From assembly GCF_009914755.1 (NCBI RefSeq), contig NC_060937.1: 64,000 nt of DNA, one strand, 5' to 3'. This document shows, piece by piece, positions 15,945-30,535 of this stretch. Below the pieces are notes generated by a model. That model was not told the origin of the DNA, ran no database searches, and was given only the letters and a program-made list of their open reading frames with translations. Source of the DNA: the human T2T-CHM13v2.0 reference genome, Homo sapiens. Position numbers and translations under genes: made by a program. Every line of letters begins with the position of its first letter. Position 1 is the stretch's first letter.

Positions 15945-16914
15945 TGAGAGTAAATATTTTATCTTTTTTAAAGGTATTATCCAAAAACTTAAAATAGCTA
16001 ACCTTGTGACAAGATAAATGAACCATATGAAACACATAAGACCTTGATTACCTAACAAATAAATGCCATTCATTCTAGAAAATGTAGCACTAGAATGTTC
16101 TTCTTAAAAAAGTAATTTTTGTGAGTTTATATTCTCTGCTAATATTACTGGAATTATTAGGACACATAGCTATCCAATAGGAGACATATGATGTTAAGAC
16201 AGAGTTCAGGAAACACTTTTGTAGCTTATCAGTGAGTAGAATACTTACTGCCTGCTGTTTAAGAAAGCTGTTCCTGAGGACATACAAACAGTGAGAACTT
16301 GAAAAAAATGGTGTCAAAAGGAATATGCTGTTATTCCCATAGGTAGCTATATGTTTCTTCTTGGTGAATTGAGCTGCGTAAATTAGTATGTGGTCACAAC
16401 CAAGACCAAAATAAATCCAAGTAATGAGAAAAAGATATCAAGCAGGGAGGATGAGAGTAAAGTAAAGAAGAACCCCTGTCTCTTTTTCCAATTGCTTTCC
16501 TATTAGGTTTCAAAAGAATCTGTGTTGGACAAAAAGGATTTTGATTTTCAGACCTACAGATACAACTTTTTATCTATACGAGAAACAGTGTGGGGTAGAA
16601 AAAAACATGGCCTGAAGATGGGAAGAAAAAGCCAATACAGTAGCACTTGGAAAGGTTCCATGAATTGGTAATAACTGTCTACTTTTAAATGACTATAAGC
16701 TTCACTAAATTAAATGTGTCTAAAGGTAAATTATAATTCTTTTATTTAGGAAATATTTAATAATATAAATGAATTTAATTCTTTTCATTTTAAACCTAAA
16801 CATTAAATCCCTAATGATAATATATTGGATTATTTATTATGTGTCATTGTTATATTCTGTATTTACCCTCAGTGTGTATAAATCACACATACACACACAT
16901 TTGCATTTAATTTG

Positions 16915-17625
16915 GATGTAGAGACAGATAGTGACACACATGTACCAAGAAGGTATGAAAAAGTTTACTATTAACACAATCAGATTTTTTTTTATTACAC
17001 TTTAAGTTCTGGGATACATGTGCAGAATGTGCAGGTTTGTTATATAGGTATACACATGCCATGGTGGTTTGCTGCACCCATCAACCCATCATCTACATTA
17101 GGTATTTCTCCTAATGCAATCCCTCCCCACCTCCCACCCCCACAACAGCCCCCCATGTGTAATGTTCTTCTCCCTGTTTCCATGTGTTCTCATTGTTCAC
17201 CTCCCACTTATGAGTAAGAACATGTGGTGTTTGGTTTTCTGTTCCTATGTTAGTTTGCTGAGAATGATGGTTAAATGCCCATCAATGATAGACTGGATAA
17301 AGAAAATGTGGCACATATACACCATGGAATACTATGCAGCCACAGTGAGATTTTTGAAGAAAGAGCAGGGATGACTCCTCAGAAGCTCCAAAAATGGTTT
17401 GAAAAAGTGAGAAAGGGACACTAGCTTTGGTTTCTCTGGTGGTCAAGGGCTTAGGTGAAAGTATTTTCCCTATGACAGCTGGGCTCCTGTGTTCTAAACT
17501 TCCCATGAGTGTCAAAGGACCACCCAGGCTCACTTAGCAGCTTGCTCAGATATGGTCTAAAATGGGAAGAGGGAGAGGTGAGAGGCTTAAAAGCTATCAG
17601 AAATCAAACATAACATGCAATCAGA
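16915..17625 (-). mobile_element. Old LTR-like element (ERVL-type, subfamily not assigned), split by an L1PA insertion
   Basis: GC-richer block CACCAAGAAGG-like start...GGGAAGAGGGAGAGGTGAGAGGCTTAAAAGCTATCAG. Sequence reads through across the L1 TSD. Confidence 0.5.
16985..17342 (-). mobile_element. L1PA7-like 3' end with twin-priming inversion
   Basis: 16985-17272 is the reverse-strand L1PA 3'UTR. 17273-17342 is a forward-strand ORF2 end (encodes [23 protein letters not shown]). TSD CACAATCAGATTTTT (16975-16989) / CACAGTGAGATTTTT (17341-17355). Confidence 0.9.
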
Positions 17626-17682
17626 CTCTTTATTCCATTTTAATTTTAAAATACTATCTAAGCATTGTAGAGTTATTTGGGC

Positions 17683-18178
17683 TTTATTTTAATTGACAAG
17701 TAAAAATTGTATATATGGTGTACAACGTGAGTCTTTGATATATGTATGTGTTGCAGAATGGCTACATTAAGCTGTTTAATATATGCATTATTTCACATAC
17801 TGTCTTTTGTGATAAGAACACTTAAAATCTATTCTCTTAGAAATATTTAAATATAAAATATTTTGTTACTGGTTGTAGCCACTATAATGTACAATAGAGC
17901 TCTTGGAATTATTCCTCTTTTCTAACTGAAATTGTGTGCCCTTTAACATCTCCCAACCCCCTAACCCCCACCCTCTAAAATATTATCCTATTCTGTTTCC
18001 ATGAGGTTGACTTTTTTACATTCCATATGTAAGTGCGAACACGCAGTATTTATCTTTTCTGGGCCTGGCTTATTTCACTTAACATAATATCCTCCTGGTT
18101 CATCTATGTTGTTGCATGTATTATGGGATTTTCTCCTGTTGTAAGGCTGAACAGTGTTTCATTGTGTATATGTATATA
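17683..18178 (-). mobile_element. L1MA-type 3' end
   Basis: TTTAATTGACAAGTAAAAATTGTATAT..GTGTACAAC..AAGAACACTTAAAATCTATTCTCTTAG..TGGCTTATTTCACTTAACATAAT. Confidence 0.85.
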
Positions 18179-19904
18179 CAACTCATAAACAAAGAAACAT
18201 CTATGTAGAAAATATAAAAGATTCTACATAAAATGTCCCATAACTAATACGTAAGTTTGATAAAATCATAGGATACAAGGTCAATATACAAAAGTTTCCT
18301 TTTTGTTCTTTTCTACTAAGAATTTTTTAATGACTACATGCAATAATGTGTCAAATTCTTGTTCAGGATCTATAAAATTGAATGAGTTTTCTTTTTTTAG
18401 TCAATTAATATGGTAAATTATATTGTTTGGTGTTCAAATGTAGTAACCTTACATTATTGAAATAAACAAGTATTGATCAGGATTAATTACTTTTGTTACT
18501 GATTGAATTTAAGCTACCAATATTTTATAAAACTATTTACATATTATGTTCATGAATAATATTCTGTAGTTTTATTTTCTTGCTAGATCTTTGCCTGAGT
18601 TTGGTATCGAGATAATTCTGGTTTCAAAAAATGAGTTTGGAGGGTTCATTTGCCTTTTATTATTTGGAAGAGATTGTATAGAAGAGGTGCATTTCTTTTT
18701 TCAATATTTGGCAGACTTTAATAGTAATGACATTTGGGCCTAGAGTTTTCTTCATGAGCATGTATTTGATTGTGAATTTAATATTTCAAAAGATATAGAG
18801 CTACGAAGAATACGTGTTTCTTTTTCAGTGATTGTTTTAGTTTGAGTCTTTCAAGAAATGAATGAATTTTATTCAATTTGTCAAATTGGTTACCATAAAA
18901 TTGTTCTTAATATTCCCTTATTATTCCCGTAACATTCTCTTAAAATATTTTACTGTCTATAATATCTGTATAAATGTAGCCTTTTTATCCATAGTATTAA
19001 TAACTTATGCCTTTTTCATATTTTATTAATATTTTCAGTCTAGCTACAATGTTATCAATTTTATTAATCTCAAAATTTTTGGTTTTAAAATTTTTTAAAT
19101 ATTTTTAAAATTTTAATTTTTTATGCATTTATGTTTACTCATTCCTTCAATTGGCTTAAATTGCTTTTTTCTTATGTGCCTATTTGCTAATGTTTAAGCA
19201 AGAATCATTACTTTAAGAGCTTTTTTGTCTCATATAAGCATTTACTTCTATGAATTTCTATTTAGAATGACTCTAATTGCAACCTACAAATTCTTATGCT
19301 TTGTTTACATTTTCATCCATTTCAATTCTATTTTACTTGTGATTTCTTTATTGATCAATGGGAAATTTAGAAATTTCTTGGATATTTCATATTGTTGGTT
19401 GTTAATTTCTAAATTAATTATTGTATTCAGAGCTCATTTTCTTTTGATTATAATTATTTAACATGTAATTAATTGTTTTTTATGGTCTATCTTTTTGAAT
19501 GTCATATATGCCCATGAAAAGAATGCATATTCTGCTGATGCCTCTATTGAATGGGGTGTTTAAGTGGCTTATGCTGTTGCTCAGATTATCTGTATCCTTT
19601 TTATTTCCCCTCCACTTGTTCTATCAATCATTAGGGCAAGATATGGAAGTATCTAAGTACAAGTGTGAATTTGTCATTTCAGTTTCATCAGTTTTGCTTT
19701 TAGAATCCTGAAGGAGTCTTGTTACTGTATGTTTTTTAGACTATTATGTCTCTCTTAGAAATTGACCAGTTTTTCATTATTTAATGTCCCTTGTTATCCC
19801 TTTTTCTGAAGTATATTTAATCTGACATTAATGTAGACTCTCCAGGTTTCTTTTGATTAATATTTTTGTTTTTATTTTGTGCTTTTAAAAAATCCCTTTA
19901 ATTT

Positions 19905-19968
19905 TTCTTGTTTCTTTTAAATTATACTCTAAATTCTAGGGTACATGTGCACAACGTGCAGGTTTGTT
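19905..19968 (-). mobile_element. Extremely 5'-truncated L1PA 3' terminus (~50 nt plus tail)
   Basis: ATTATACTCTAAATTCTAGGGTACATGTGCACAACGTGCAGGTTTGTT. Confidence 0.85.
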
Positions 19969-20124
19969 AAGGCGGTTTTCTTGGAGACAACATGTATGTG
20001 ACTGTGTGTTTTTATCCAATATTAAATTATTTAGCTTTTAATTGTGGTAATTAGTTTTAATTATTATGATTATTGATATATTCACATTGAAGTCTCATAG
20101 ATATTTCATTGGTTCTATCTTTCC

Positions 20125-21276
20125 TTTTTTGATTTTTTTTCTTCTTATTTTTAACTTTTAGGTTCAGGCTTACATGTGCCTTTTCATGTTTGTTATATAG
20201 GTAAATTGTCTGTCACGAGGGTTTGCTATGTAGATTATTTTATCACCCAGGTAATCAGCATAGTATCCTATAGGTAGTTTATCAATCCTCCCCATTCTCT
20301 CCTTCTCCACCCTCAAGCAGGCCCTAGTGCCTATTGTTCTCTTCTTCGTGCTCATATGTACTCAGTGTTTAGCTTCTACTTATTAGTAAGAGCATGCAAT
20401 CACTGGTTTTCTGTTTCTGCATTAGTTTGCTGAAGATAATGGCTTCCAACTTCATCCATGTCCCTGAAAAGGAGAGGATCTAATTTCTATTTATTGCTGC
20501 ATAGTATTCCATGCTGTATATGTACCATATTTTCTCTATCCACCATTGATGGGCATTTAGGTTGATTCCATGTCTTTGCTATTGTGAATAGTGCCGCAAT
20601 GAACATATGCATTCGTGTGTCTTTATGGTAGAATTATTTATATTCCTTTGGGTATGTACCATATAATGGGATTACTGGTTCCAGTGGTAATTCTACTTTG
20701 AGTTCTTTGAGAGACTGCCAAACTACTTTTCACAATGGCTGAACTAATTTACATCCCCACCAGCGGTGTATAAGTTTTCACTTTTCTTCAGAACCTTGTC
20801 AGCATCTGTTGTTTTTTGAGTTTTCAGTAATAGCCATTCAGACTGGTGTGATATGATATCTCATTCTTGTTTTGATTATCATTTCTCTAATGATTAGTGA
20901 TGTTGAGCATTTTTTTCAGATGCTTGTTGGCCATGTGTATGTCTTCTTTTAAGTGTCTTTTCATGTCCTTTGCCCGCATTTTAATGAAGTTGTTTTTTCC
21001 TTGTTAATTTGTTTAAGTTTCTTATAGATTCTGGTTATTAGATCTTTGTCAGATGCATAGATTGCAAATATTTTCTCCCATTCTTCAGGTTGTCTGTTTA
21101 AACTGTTGATAGTTTCTTTTGCTGTGCAGAAGTTCTTTAGTTTAATTACGTCTCACATGTCAATCTTTATTTTTGTCGAAATGACTTTTGGCGTCTTCGT
21201 CATGAAATCTTTGGCTGCTCCTAAGTCCAGAATGATATTTTCCAGTGTTGCCTTTCAGGGTTTATATAGTTTTAGT
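20125..21276 (-). mobile_element. Older L1PA (about L1PA13-16) 3' portion
   Basis: 3'UTR ATAGGTAAATTG..GTCAC..GATTATTTTATCACCCAGGTAAT..CCACCCTCAAG.AGGCCC followed by distal ORF2. Confidence 0.88.
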
Positions 21277-21335
21277 CCTTTCTTGAATCTTGAATTTTTG
21301 CTTTTGTCTTTTTAATGCCTTCTTTAGATTACTTA

Positions 21336-21400
21336 AGATATATATACACACATATATATACATATACATATATATCTTAAGCATATGAATATATATATAA
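21336..21400. repeat. (TA)n/(CA)n low-complexity tract
   Basis: Seen directly. Confidence 0.8.
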
Positions 21401-24400
21401 ACAAATTATATAGATATAGTTCCATTTTATTTCCATAATTGGTTAATGCTATTGCTCTTCTAATAAATGTGTTCATCGTTTCTCCAGGGTTTATATTATA
21501 TATGTTTAACTTACAGCTTGTTTTTAAACAGTATTTTTTCATGTCTGATGTTAGATTTTTACAACAATATACTTCTATTATTTTTATTTTTGTGCTTTTT
21601 GCTAATGTTGTGATGCATTCTATTTTTGTTTTACATGAATAAAAACTTTATTTATGGTTTTCATTCTAAAATTTATTAGTTTTTCTGTCTCAGTAAATTA
21701 TATTTTGAAGTTTTTTATTTAGTGTAAATCATTTATATTTACCTGCATTTTTACTATTTCCAATGCTGTTTCTTTCTTCTTTTTTCAACAGCCACAGTCT
21801 CACCTGTTAACATACTTTATCAGCATAAAGAATTTCCTTTAATATTTCCTGTAATATACTTTACTTGAAAGTAATTATCACAGCTTTTGTTTGTTTAAAA
21901 ATCATTTTTTTTTTGTTATTTATAAATGGTATCTTAGAGAACTATAGAATTCTGGCTTGGAAAGATTTTCTTTTCTTTCTCTTTTTTCATTATTTTCCAG
22001 TGACTATTCCATTATCTGTTGGATTACATATTTTCTGAAAAGGACATAGTTGTAATTATGTTTTAGCTGTTATTTATTTTAAGATTTTTTATTTCTCTAG
22101 CTATATTCAAGATTTTCTCTTTACTTTTGATTGTCTGCAATTTTACCATGACATTGTCTAGGTACTTTAAAAAAATATTGTGTTTGCTATTCTCTAGGCA
22201 TCTTGAATCGAGGTTTTCTTTGCTTCTCTCTCTTCACTCATTAACTACTCATTTGGAATATTCTTGGCCATTATCTCTTCAATTATTTCTTTTGCCTAAT
22301 ATGCTAAGGTAGACTACTTAAGCTTGATACACAGTATTTGACATGAAATAGGAGAAGGATAATTCTCTGCCTTCCTTGTCAGTCCTCAAACTTAGTATGG
22401 CATATAAGCCTCAGGAATAAGATCATCTCAGGATACTTGTGTCTTCCATTGTGGGAAGCAGTGCTTTATTTATATACCGGATTATGCAGAGGAGTACATT
22501 TTTAATTTTTTCTGCAACCCTAATATATATTTTGTCTTGCAGGATCTTTACTAAAGGTTTCCTCCTCTTCCTCCAGGGCAATGGTTTTGTGCCTGTTGCT
22601 TTGTTTCTACCTGTTTCCCAGAAGCATTAGATGTTTTATGGACACTGGAAGTCAGAGGGTTTGTTACCCCATCCTAGCACACTAAAATTTTTCCTTTGTA
22701 GGATGCAGGGATCACACAAGAAGTGGTATTTTGCTACCATCTCTTTGGGCAGCTGATCACCACTGTATACGTTCACAAGTTATGGTCTTATCTCCTATCT
22801 CTTTCTCTTATCTTTCTCATAAGCTCCAAGTGAATGCCCATAGAAAAAAGTTTATGAGTGACTGCCATCTTCCCTTTTCTCTGGAGCGAGGAGGGTTCCA
22901 GCAATTTTAAAATGACACCTGAACCCATATTTGACTTTTAAGAATTTGTCAAAGTACTAGCTGATTTATTTATATTCAACTGTGTGGTTTTTCCGTCTTT
23001 TCTTGTTCATTGTTCCTCTAATCATGAAAATGATTACGTATCTCATCTCTGTGGAGTGACTATCACTGTGGAATTTGGTTTAGCTGTATGCCTTGTTTCA
23101 TACCTTGTAACTTGAACTTTCTGACAGGCTAAAAAATATGACTTCCTAGATAATCTGATGTTTTCTCATTGTTAATATGCATCAACATTGTCTTGCTGAG
23201 CATATTCTAAGTGAAAACACAGGGCCTAGTGTCAGGATTTTATATTTTTGGCATCTAGTACATAGCAAATGATCAGTCTACTGATTCCTATAAAATTGAA
23301 CGTGGGTGGCAGGAAAATTCACACAGACCCATGCACACACATTGTAGCATAGATACAAAACACACCCTTATTTATACAAATATATTTTAAAGAATGGATC
23401 TTAAATTTGGTGAGACAAGCAGAGGAAGAGTTCTGAAGATTGTTTGTTAAATATCCATTTTATTTATAAGCAGATGATAATTTTCTTAAATATCACTTTC
23501 CCAATATATTGTCAAAATTAATGCAATTAAGTATTACAAAATGTTGCAGGTTAAAATATATTATGCTTAATCCTTCATATCTTTTATTTTTAAATACTTA
23601 TATAGTATAATTTTAAGGATATAAACTTGTACCGTAACATTCCTTTTGTGCATTTCCTAAGTATTTTTTATTGTTTTAAAATAATATTCAAAAGAAAATG
23701 CTGATATGTTATGGCTCCTCTGAAAACAATAATAGGGATAACCAGTAGAAGAGACAGAAAGGGTCTATATTCTTTTATTTCATTCTCTTATCATAAGATA
23801 CCAATCTCAGAGTATATATTTTACTATATTTTATTCTCATAAAGACAAATGTGCAGCATTGAGAAGAAAATAAAATTTAGATACTTAGTAAGTCAATCAT
23901 TGTTGTTTCAAGTTCATACAAATTAAATAATAAACATGAGCTTTTGACAGAAAAGTAAGATATATACCAACTAAGACATTTAAACTCAAAAATCAGGTTA
24001 ACTGTCTATGAAAGTATATTCAAAACCTGTGGTCTTTGACTAGCAGAAGCTTTGCAGTGACTCATGCTAAGCAGTAGTCTTTCCATTGAATATATAAATT
24101 ATTAAAAAGATTATTATAATTAAGTTTAGAGAGGTTCTAGTTGATGATGGAAAAAATCAGCGTTAGTAATACATCAATCATTGAATTCAGGTCTTTATTT
24201 CTTTACTAAATCATTATACTGAAAGATTGCATTTGTTACATATTAAGATAATGTGCTTCAGTGTTTGATAGTATAATGACAAACCTAATAGAGAATAAGA
24301 AGTCAAGCAATTATCACTACAAATCCAAGTATAATTTTAATTTTCATGCCAGAAATGTAGAGCAATAAATAAATAAGATAGATAAGTAGATACGTTGACA

Positions 24401-26358
24401 GAAAAAAAGTATTGTTAATTGACCCTTATGTCTTAGTCACTTTTGCATAAATACTACACCAATTTCAAGTATTTTATATTGTTCTCATAAAATATTAAAA
24501 CTTTATTTTTTAAAAATATTGCATATAATTATTTATTTCAAACTGATAAGAAAAACGTCTAGATAGATTTTATCCCCTGTGAAAGCTTTAACTACAAGGG
24601 ACTCGCTTTGCTACTCAAACCAAATAAAAGCAACTTATTAATTATGTTATAAAAAATTATTTTTTAAATATGGGTAATTTAATTTTAAAAGTCATAGCTT
24701 TGAATATGGAATCACTATATTTCTTCTAATATTCCATTTATTTTATTTTATAACATTATCTGACTAAACTGCCTGATGTTCAGTGCTTTTAAAATGCCAC
24801 TATAAAGTCGCCAGATGAAACCAGTTGTCACGGCTAACCCTTTGAATATTAAGGAGAAATACTGGAAAAAAAACAAAAAATAAAAAACATCACCACTCCA
24901 TCCCCGTATTTTCCAAATCCTTCTGCAGTTCATTTAAATACCTGCTATTATATTCATTATTTGGAAAATCTTGGTATAGCCAAAGGGAAAACATGTACGT
25001 GTCCATATTTTTATTTGCTAAAAGAACTTGGGGGTCAGTTTCTTCTGTGCCAGCATTATATATTGCCAGGCTCATTCAATTGGGGGTTCATTGTCTTCCA
25101 TAATTCCTCTCTTTTAAAAACAAGTTGGTGTACTTATATAAATGATCTATGAAAGAGAATGCTGGCCACGAGGCCTCAAACACAGGAAGCACAATTGTTC
25201 TGAATGAGTGAGTAAGCTGGGAATATTTAATTATTACAGAACACTCATGATTAGCAAAGACACATCAGATTATCAGGCATAAGGAAAAGGATTTTGGAAT
25301 GAGGCTGAGGGAAAATTTGTCAAAAGCAGAGAGCTAACTAAGCAGCAAAGAAAGAAAGAGCTGCATAGTGAAAGAGTTTAGTTTTTTAAAAAGAAGGAAT
25401 AGCAGAAAAACCACTATATATAAGTACAGGGAAAATAATGTGTCCCTCAGCAAAAGTATGTATTGATCTGAATTCAAATATAGAGGTACACATAAATTTT
25501 GATACCTTATTTATTTTGTTTTGTAAGTGAATAAGCTTATAAACCACACATTCTTGTTTCAGCAGTTAAAGCTCAATAAGACAGACATGGTAAAATAACC
25601 AAACTAATTTTTCTTAGTGAGTATAACTTAAACATTTCAAATATATGTTAGTGTAATTACAGCCTCCACATTTGGTAGTATAGATTTAATGTCCAGTGAC
25701 CTTTTATTTCTGCGAGTGTAGAGAAATAGGGGTTTAAATTGTCAATGATATCAAATGTTACAATTCAGTTTCAACTCATTTGTAAAACTATAAGGTCATA
25801 TTACATGCTATTATTATCTAACAATTTATTTCTTTGGCTCCATTAAAACAATTATATTTTGTCCTTCTGAAGAGTGGAAAAATTCATCTCTCTATGTGTA
25901 GAAGCCTCCTTTGCAGTCTTCCATATTCTTGCAGACGATACATAATTTGTTATAAGAAAAGGGAAACCCATAGATAGCAAAATAAAGTTGTCATAAATTA
26001 ACTAGTTTCATCTTGCACCACTACAGAGACCACTGATATAAACATATTTTCCTCTTTTTTTTTAATGCGAAGTCTAAACTTGTGGTAAGATTAAATGAAG
26101 TGAATTGCCCAGAAAGTCAATATCAGTGTTTAGTTTATGAGATGATTGAAGATCAATTGATTTATGTCAACAATTGGAGGTAAATAGTTCCTTTGTAACT
26201 TTATTCAAAAGACAAATAATATATGGTGATTATTATAAAAACTTGAAATGTCAAGTAAGCTGAAGAATTGAGAAAAATTGAACGAAAAGTTACTGGAATA
26301 GGGTACATGACAAAAATAAGACTTTTCTCCTTTATTCTACCCTCTTAATATATAGCTT

Positions 26359-26696
<338 letters not shown>

Positions 26697-27699
26697 TAAT
26701 GGAGGTAATTATTAAGAACTCTCTGCGTTGAGAAAGATGTTTGAAAAATATTAGTGCAGAGCTGGTGTTTAAAGATATTTAAATAATTGTATTTACTTTA
26801 CTGTCATCAAAGAAAGCTAAATATCATTTATTGTTTATTCCTTTCTATCTATGCAAGAGTGCTTGATGTTCTGTGAACATACCAGAAATGATACTAATTT
26901 AAAGCCTTTGTGCTTGCTATTCTGCCAACTTTGACTGTTATTCCTCAGGATAGTTGTCTGACAAGTTCCCTCATGGTATTCCATTGTTTGCTCATATGTT
27001 TCTTACTAAATGAAGTACACAGTAATCATTATTATAAAATTCTATGTAACACTTTCAGAATGGCAGTGTGAGCAGCTCCATGGACCTTCTCCCCAGCCAA
27101 ACAACAATAACTTATAAAAAATATTTTAAAAGACAAGCTTTTAAAGTCTCTGGAAATTGTCTTATGTGCTATATGCCTAAATGAGTACAGTAAGTGGAGA
27201 AACATTTATTGCAGAACATCTAATACATCTTAATAAAAACTGTAAAAGCCTATACCATTTGAACCAAGATACACTTTCTCTCTACTTCCCAGATTACTGT
27301 AATAGAAACATGTGGAACAGAAGATCATAAGGTCCCTCTCCGATTAACACCTAGTTCTATTCCAGAAAAGAGTACCTGAAATATGCAGGGATTCCTTCCT
27401 TCAACCATCCTACATATAGGACAGACCACAACCTTAGGGATGGAAAATTGAGAATATTAGGACGTCATCACCTTTCTTCCAGGTTTCTTATAGAACGGAG
27501 GTTCCATGCTAGGAAAAGCAAGCCAAGAAAGTCAGATACTATTACTCCCATCCAGTACCTCAATTGTAAAGAAAGGTGTTACTTTAAGACAAGTGGTTGC
27601 TGTTCCTTTTCCTAGGTCTGGAGACTGGAAGAGAGAGAAGATGCAGGCCATAATTACAGAAAATTCTATTGCTGTCCTTTCAGGAACTGACTTCCTTAG

Positions 27700-28031
<332 letters not shown>

Positions 28032-28282
28032 AAGTTCAAGTCTTATAGTACTGTTGAAAATAATAGCTATGTTGGTAGTAAGCAATTACCAGGAGGCTCA
28101 TAGCTCAATGGGACAAACAATTGAAACCATATGCCATCAATCTTGAAATTTAATTAAAAAACAGAGAAAACAACAACTAGAAGAGCCCCTTTGAGACTGA
28201 AACATTCAAAGATTACCCTCAACTACTATCTCTGCAAAGGAGTTTAGATTTAATTGTATCAGAATATAAAGTGACTTACGAC

Positions 28283-30535
28283 TGTATGATTCCATTTTCA
28301 AACTGCTATAAAGAAATGGCCGAGACTGGGTAATTTATAAAGAAAAAGGTTTTAACTGACTCACAGTTCTGCATGGCTAGAGGGGCCTCAGGAAACTTAC
28401 AATTATGGTGGAAGGCGAAAGGGAAGAAAGCACATTCTACACAAGAAGGCAGGAGAGAGAGAGATCAGGAGAAACTGCCATTTGTATACCCTCAGATTTC
28501 CTGAGAACTCCCTGTCTTTTATGAGAACAGCATGGGGGAAACCACCCCCATGATTCAATCACGTGTCACCAGGTCCCTCCCTTGACATGTCGGGATTACA
28601 AGTTGGGTAAAAATTCAAGATGAGATTTGGGTGGGGACACAGCCAGACCATATCACTTCCCCCAGGTCCCTCCCAAATCTCATTTTCTCACATTTCAAAA
28701 TGCAATCATGCCTTCCCAACAGTTCTCCAAAGTTTTAACTCATTCCAACTTTAACCCAAAAGTCCAACCAAAGTCTCATCTGAGACAAGGCAAGTCCCTT
28801 ACACTTATGAGCCTGTGACATCAAAAACAAGTTATTTACATCCAAGATACAATGAGAGTACAGGCATTGGGTAAATCTTCCTGTTCCAAATGGGATAAAT
28901 TGGCCAAAACAAAGGGGCTACATGCCCCATGCAAGTCTAAAACTCAATAGGGCAGTGATTAAATCTTGAAGCTTTGAAATAATCTTCTTTGACTCCATGT
29001 CTTAAATCCAGAGCGCACTGATGCAAGGGGTGGGTTCCTAAGGCCTCGGGCAGCTCCAACTATGTGGCTTTGCAGTGTGCAGTCCTCATGGCTGCTTTTA
29101 GAGGCTGGTGTTGAGTGCTTCTGGCTTTTCCAAGGGCCCAGTGTAACCTGTTGGTGGATCTAACTTTCTGGGTTCTGGAAGAGAGAGGCCCTCTTTTCAC
29201 ATCTCCACTAGACAATGCCCCAGTGAGGACTCTGTGTGTGGGCCCCACCCCCTATTTCCCTCCCACACTGTCCTAGTTGAGGTTCTCCATGAGGGCTCCA
29301 TCCCTGCAGCAGATATTCAGACATTTCCATACATCCTGTGAAATTTAGGAGGAGGTTCCCAAAGCTCAACTCTTGTCTTCTGTGTACCTGTAGGCCCAAC
29401 ACCATGTGGAAGCCACCAAGGCTTAGGGCTTCCACTCTCTCAGGCACTAGCCTAAGTTGTACTGTGGACCTTTTTAGCCACGGCTGGAGCTGGAGCAGCT
29501 GGGATGCAGGGCACCAAGCCCCAAGGCCGCACGGAGCAGCAGGGTCCTAAGCTTGGCCCACAAAACCATATTTTTCTTCTAGGCCTCTGGGCCTGTGATG
29601 GGAGAGGCTGCAATGAAGATCTCTGATATGCTGTGGATACATTTACCACATTGTCATGGTGATTAACATTCAGCTCCTTGTTGCTTATGCAAATTTCTGC
29701 AGTTGGCTTGAATTTCTCCCCAGCAAATGGGATTTTCTTTTATACCACATAGTCAGGCTGCAAATTTTCCAAACCTTTATGCTCTGCTTCCCTTTTAAAC
29801 ATAAATTCCAATTTCAAGCCATCTCTCTGAAGTTCAAACTTACACCGATCTCTAGGGTAGGGGCAAAATGCTGCTAGTCTCTTTGCTAAAGCATAGCAAG
29901 AGTAACTTTTGTTCCAGTTCCCAATGAGTTCCTCATCTCTGTCAGAAACCACCTCAGCCTGGACTTCATTTTTCATATCACTATCAGCATTTTGGTCAAA
30001 ACCATTCAAGAAGCCTCTAGGAAGTTCCAAGCTTTCCCACATCTTCCTTTCTTCTTCTGAGCCCTCCAAACTGTTCCAGCCTCTGCCCGTTACCCAGTTC
30101 CAAAGTTGCTTTCACATTTTCAGGTTTTCTTTGTAGCAGTACCACACTGCCCTGGTACCAATTATCTGTATTAGTTTATTTTCACACTGCTATAAAGAAA
30201 TGCCTGAGACTGGGTAATTTATAAAAGAAAGAGGTTTACTTCACTGCAATTTGTGCATGGCTGGTGAGGCCTCATTACAATTATGGCAGAAGCTGAAGCG
30301 GAATAGGCACCTTCTTCACAAAGTGACAGGAGAAAGAGAGAGAAAGCATGGGAAACTGTCATTTTAAAACCATCAGACCTCCTGAGAACTCCCTGACTAT
30401 CACAAAAACAGGATGGAGAAAGCTGCCCCATGATCCAGTCACTTTCCACCAGTTTCCTCACTCAACACATGGAGAATACAATTCAAATTACAATTTGAGA
30501 GGAAATTTGGGCGAGGACACAGTCAAACCATATCA
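28283..30535 (-). mobile_element. Two-LTR MaLR element (THE1D/MSTA-like): LTR 28283-28655, internal 28656-30166, LTR 30167-30535
   Basis: Two directly repeated LTRs (TGTA..CTGCTATAAAGAAAT..GAGACTGGGTAATTTATAAA..CCATATCA). Internal ORF remnant MEGSEEERKMWESLELPR (29740-30069). Degenerate 5-bp TSD ACGAC/ATGCC. Confidence 0.93.

Larger units (their letters stand above)
18300..22320 (-). mobile_element. Highly decayed old L1M, interrupted by younger L1PA pieces
   Basis: T-rich reverse ORF2-like motifs (TTTGGTATCGAGATAATTCTGGTTTCAAAAAATGAGTT; AAAAGAATGCATATTCTGCTG). Confidence 0.65.

Noticed and set aside
18180-18295. Plus-strand ORF2 fragment next to the minus-strand L1MA end as a fourth twin-priming event
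   Set aside because: No TSD is identifiable and the sequence is too diverged to link the pieces.
24058-24064. AP-1 site TGACTCA, possible antioxidant response element
   Set aside because: Lacks the GC spacing of an ARE. An isolated 7-mer is uninformative.
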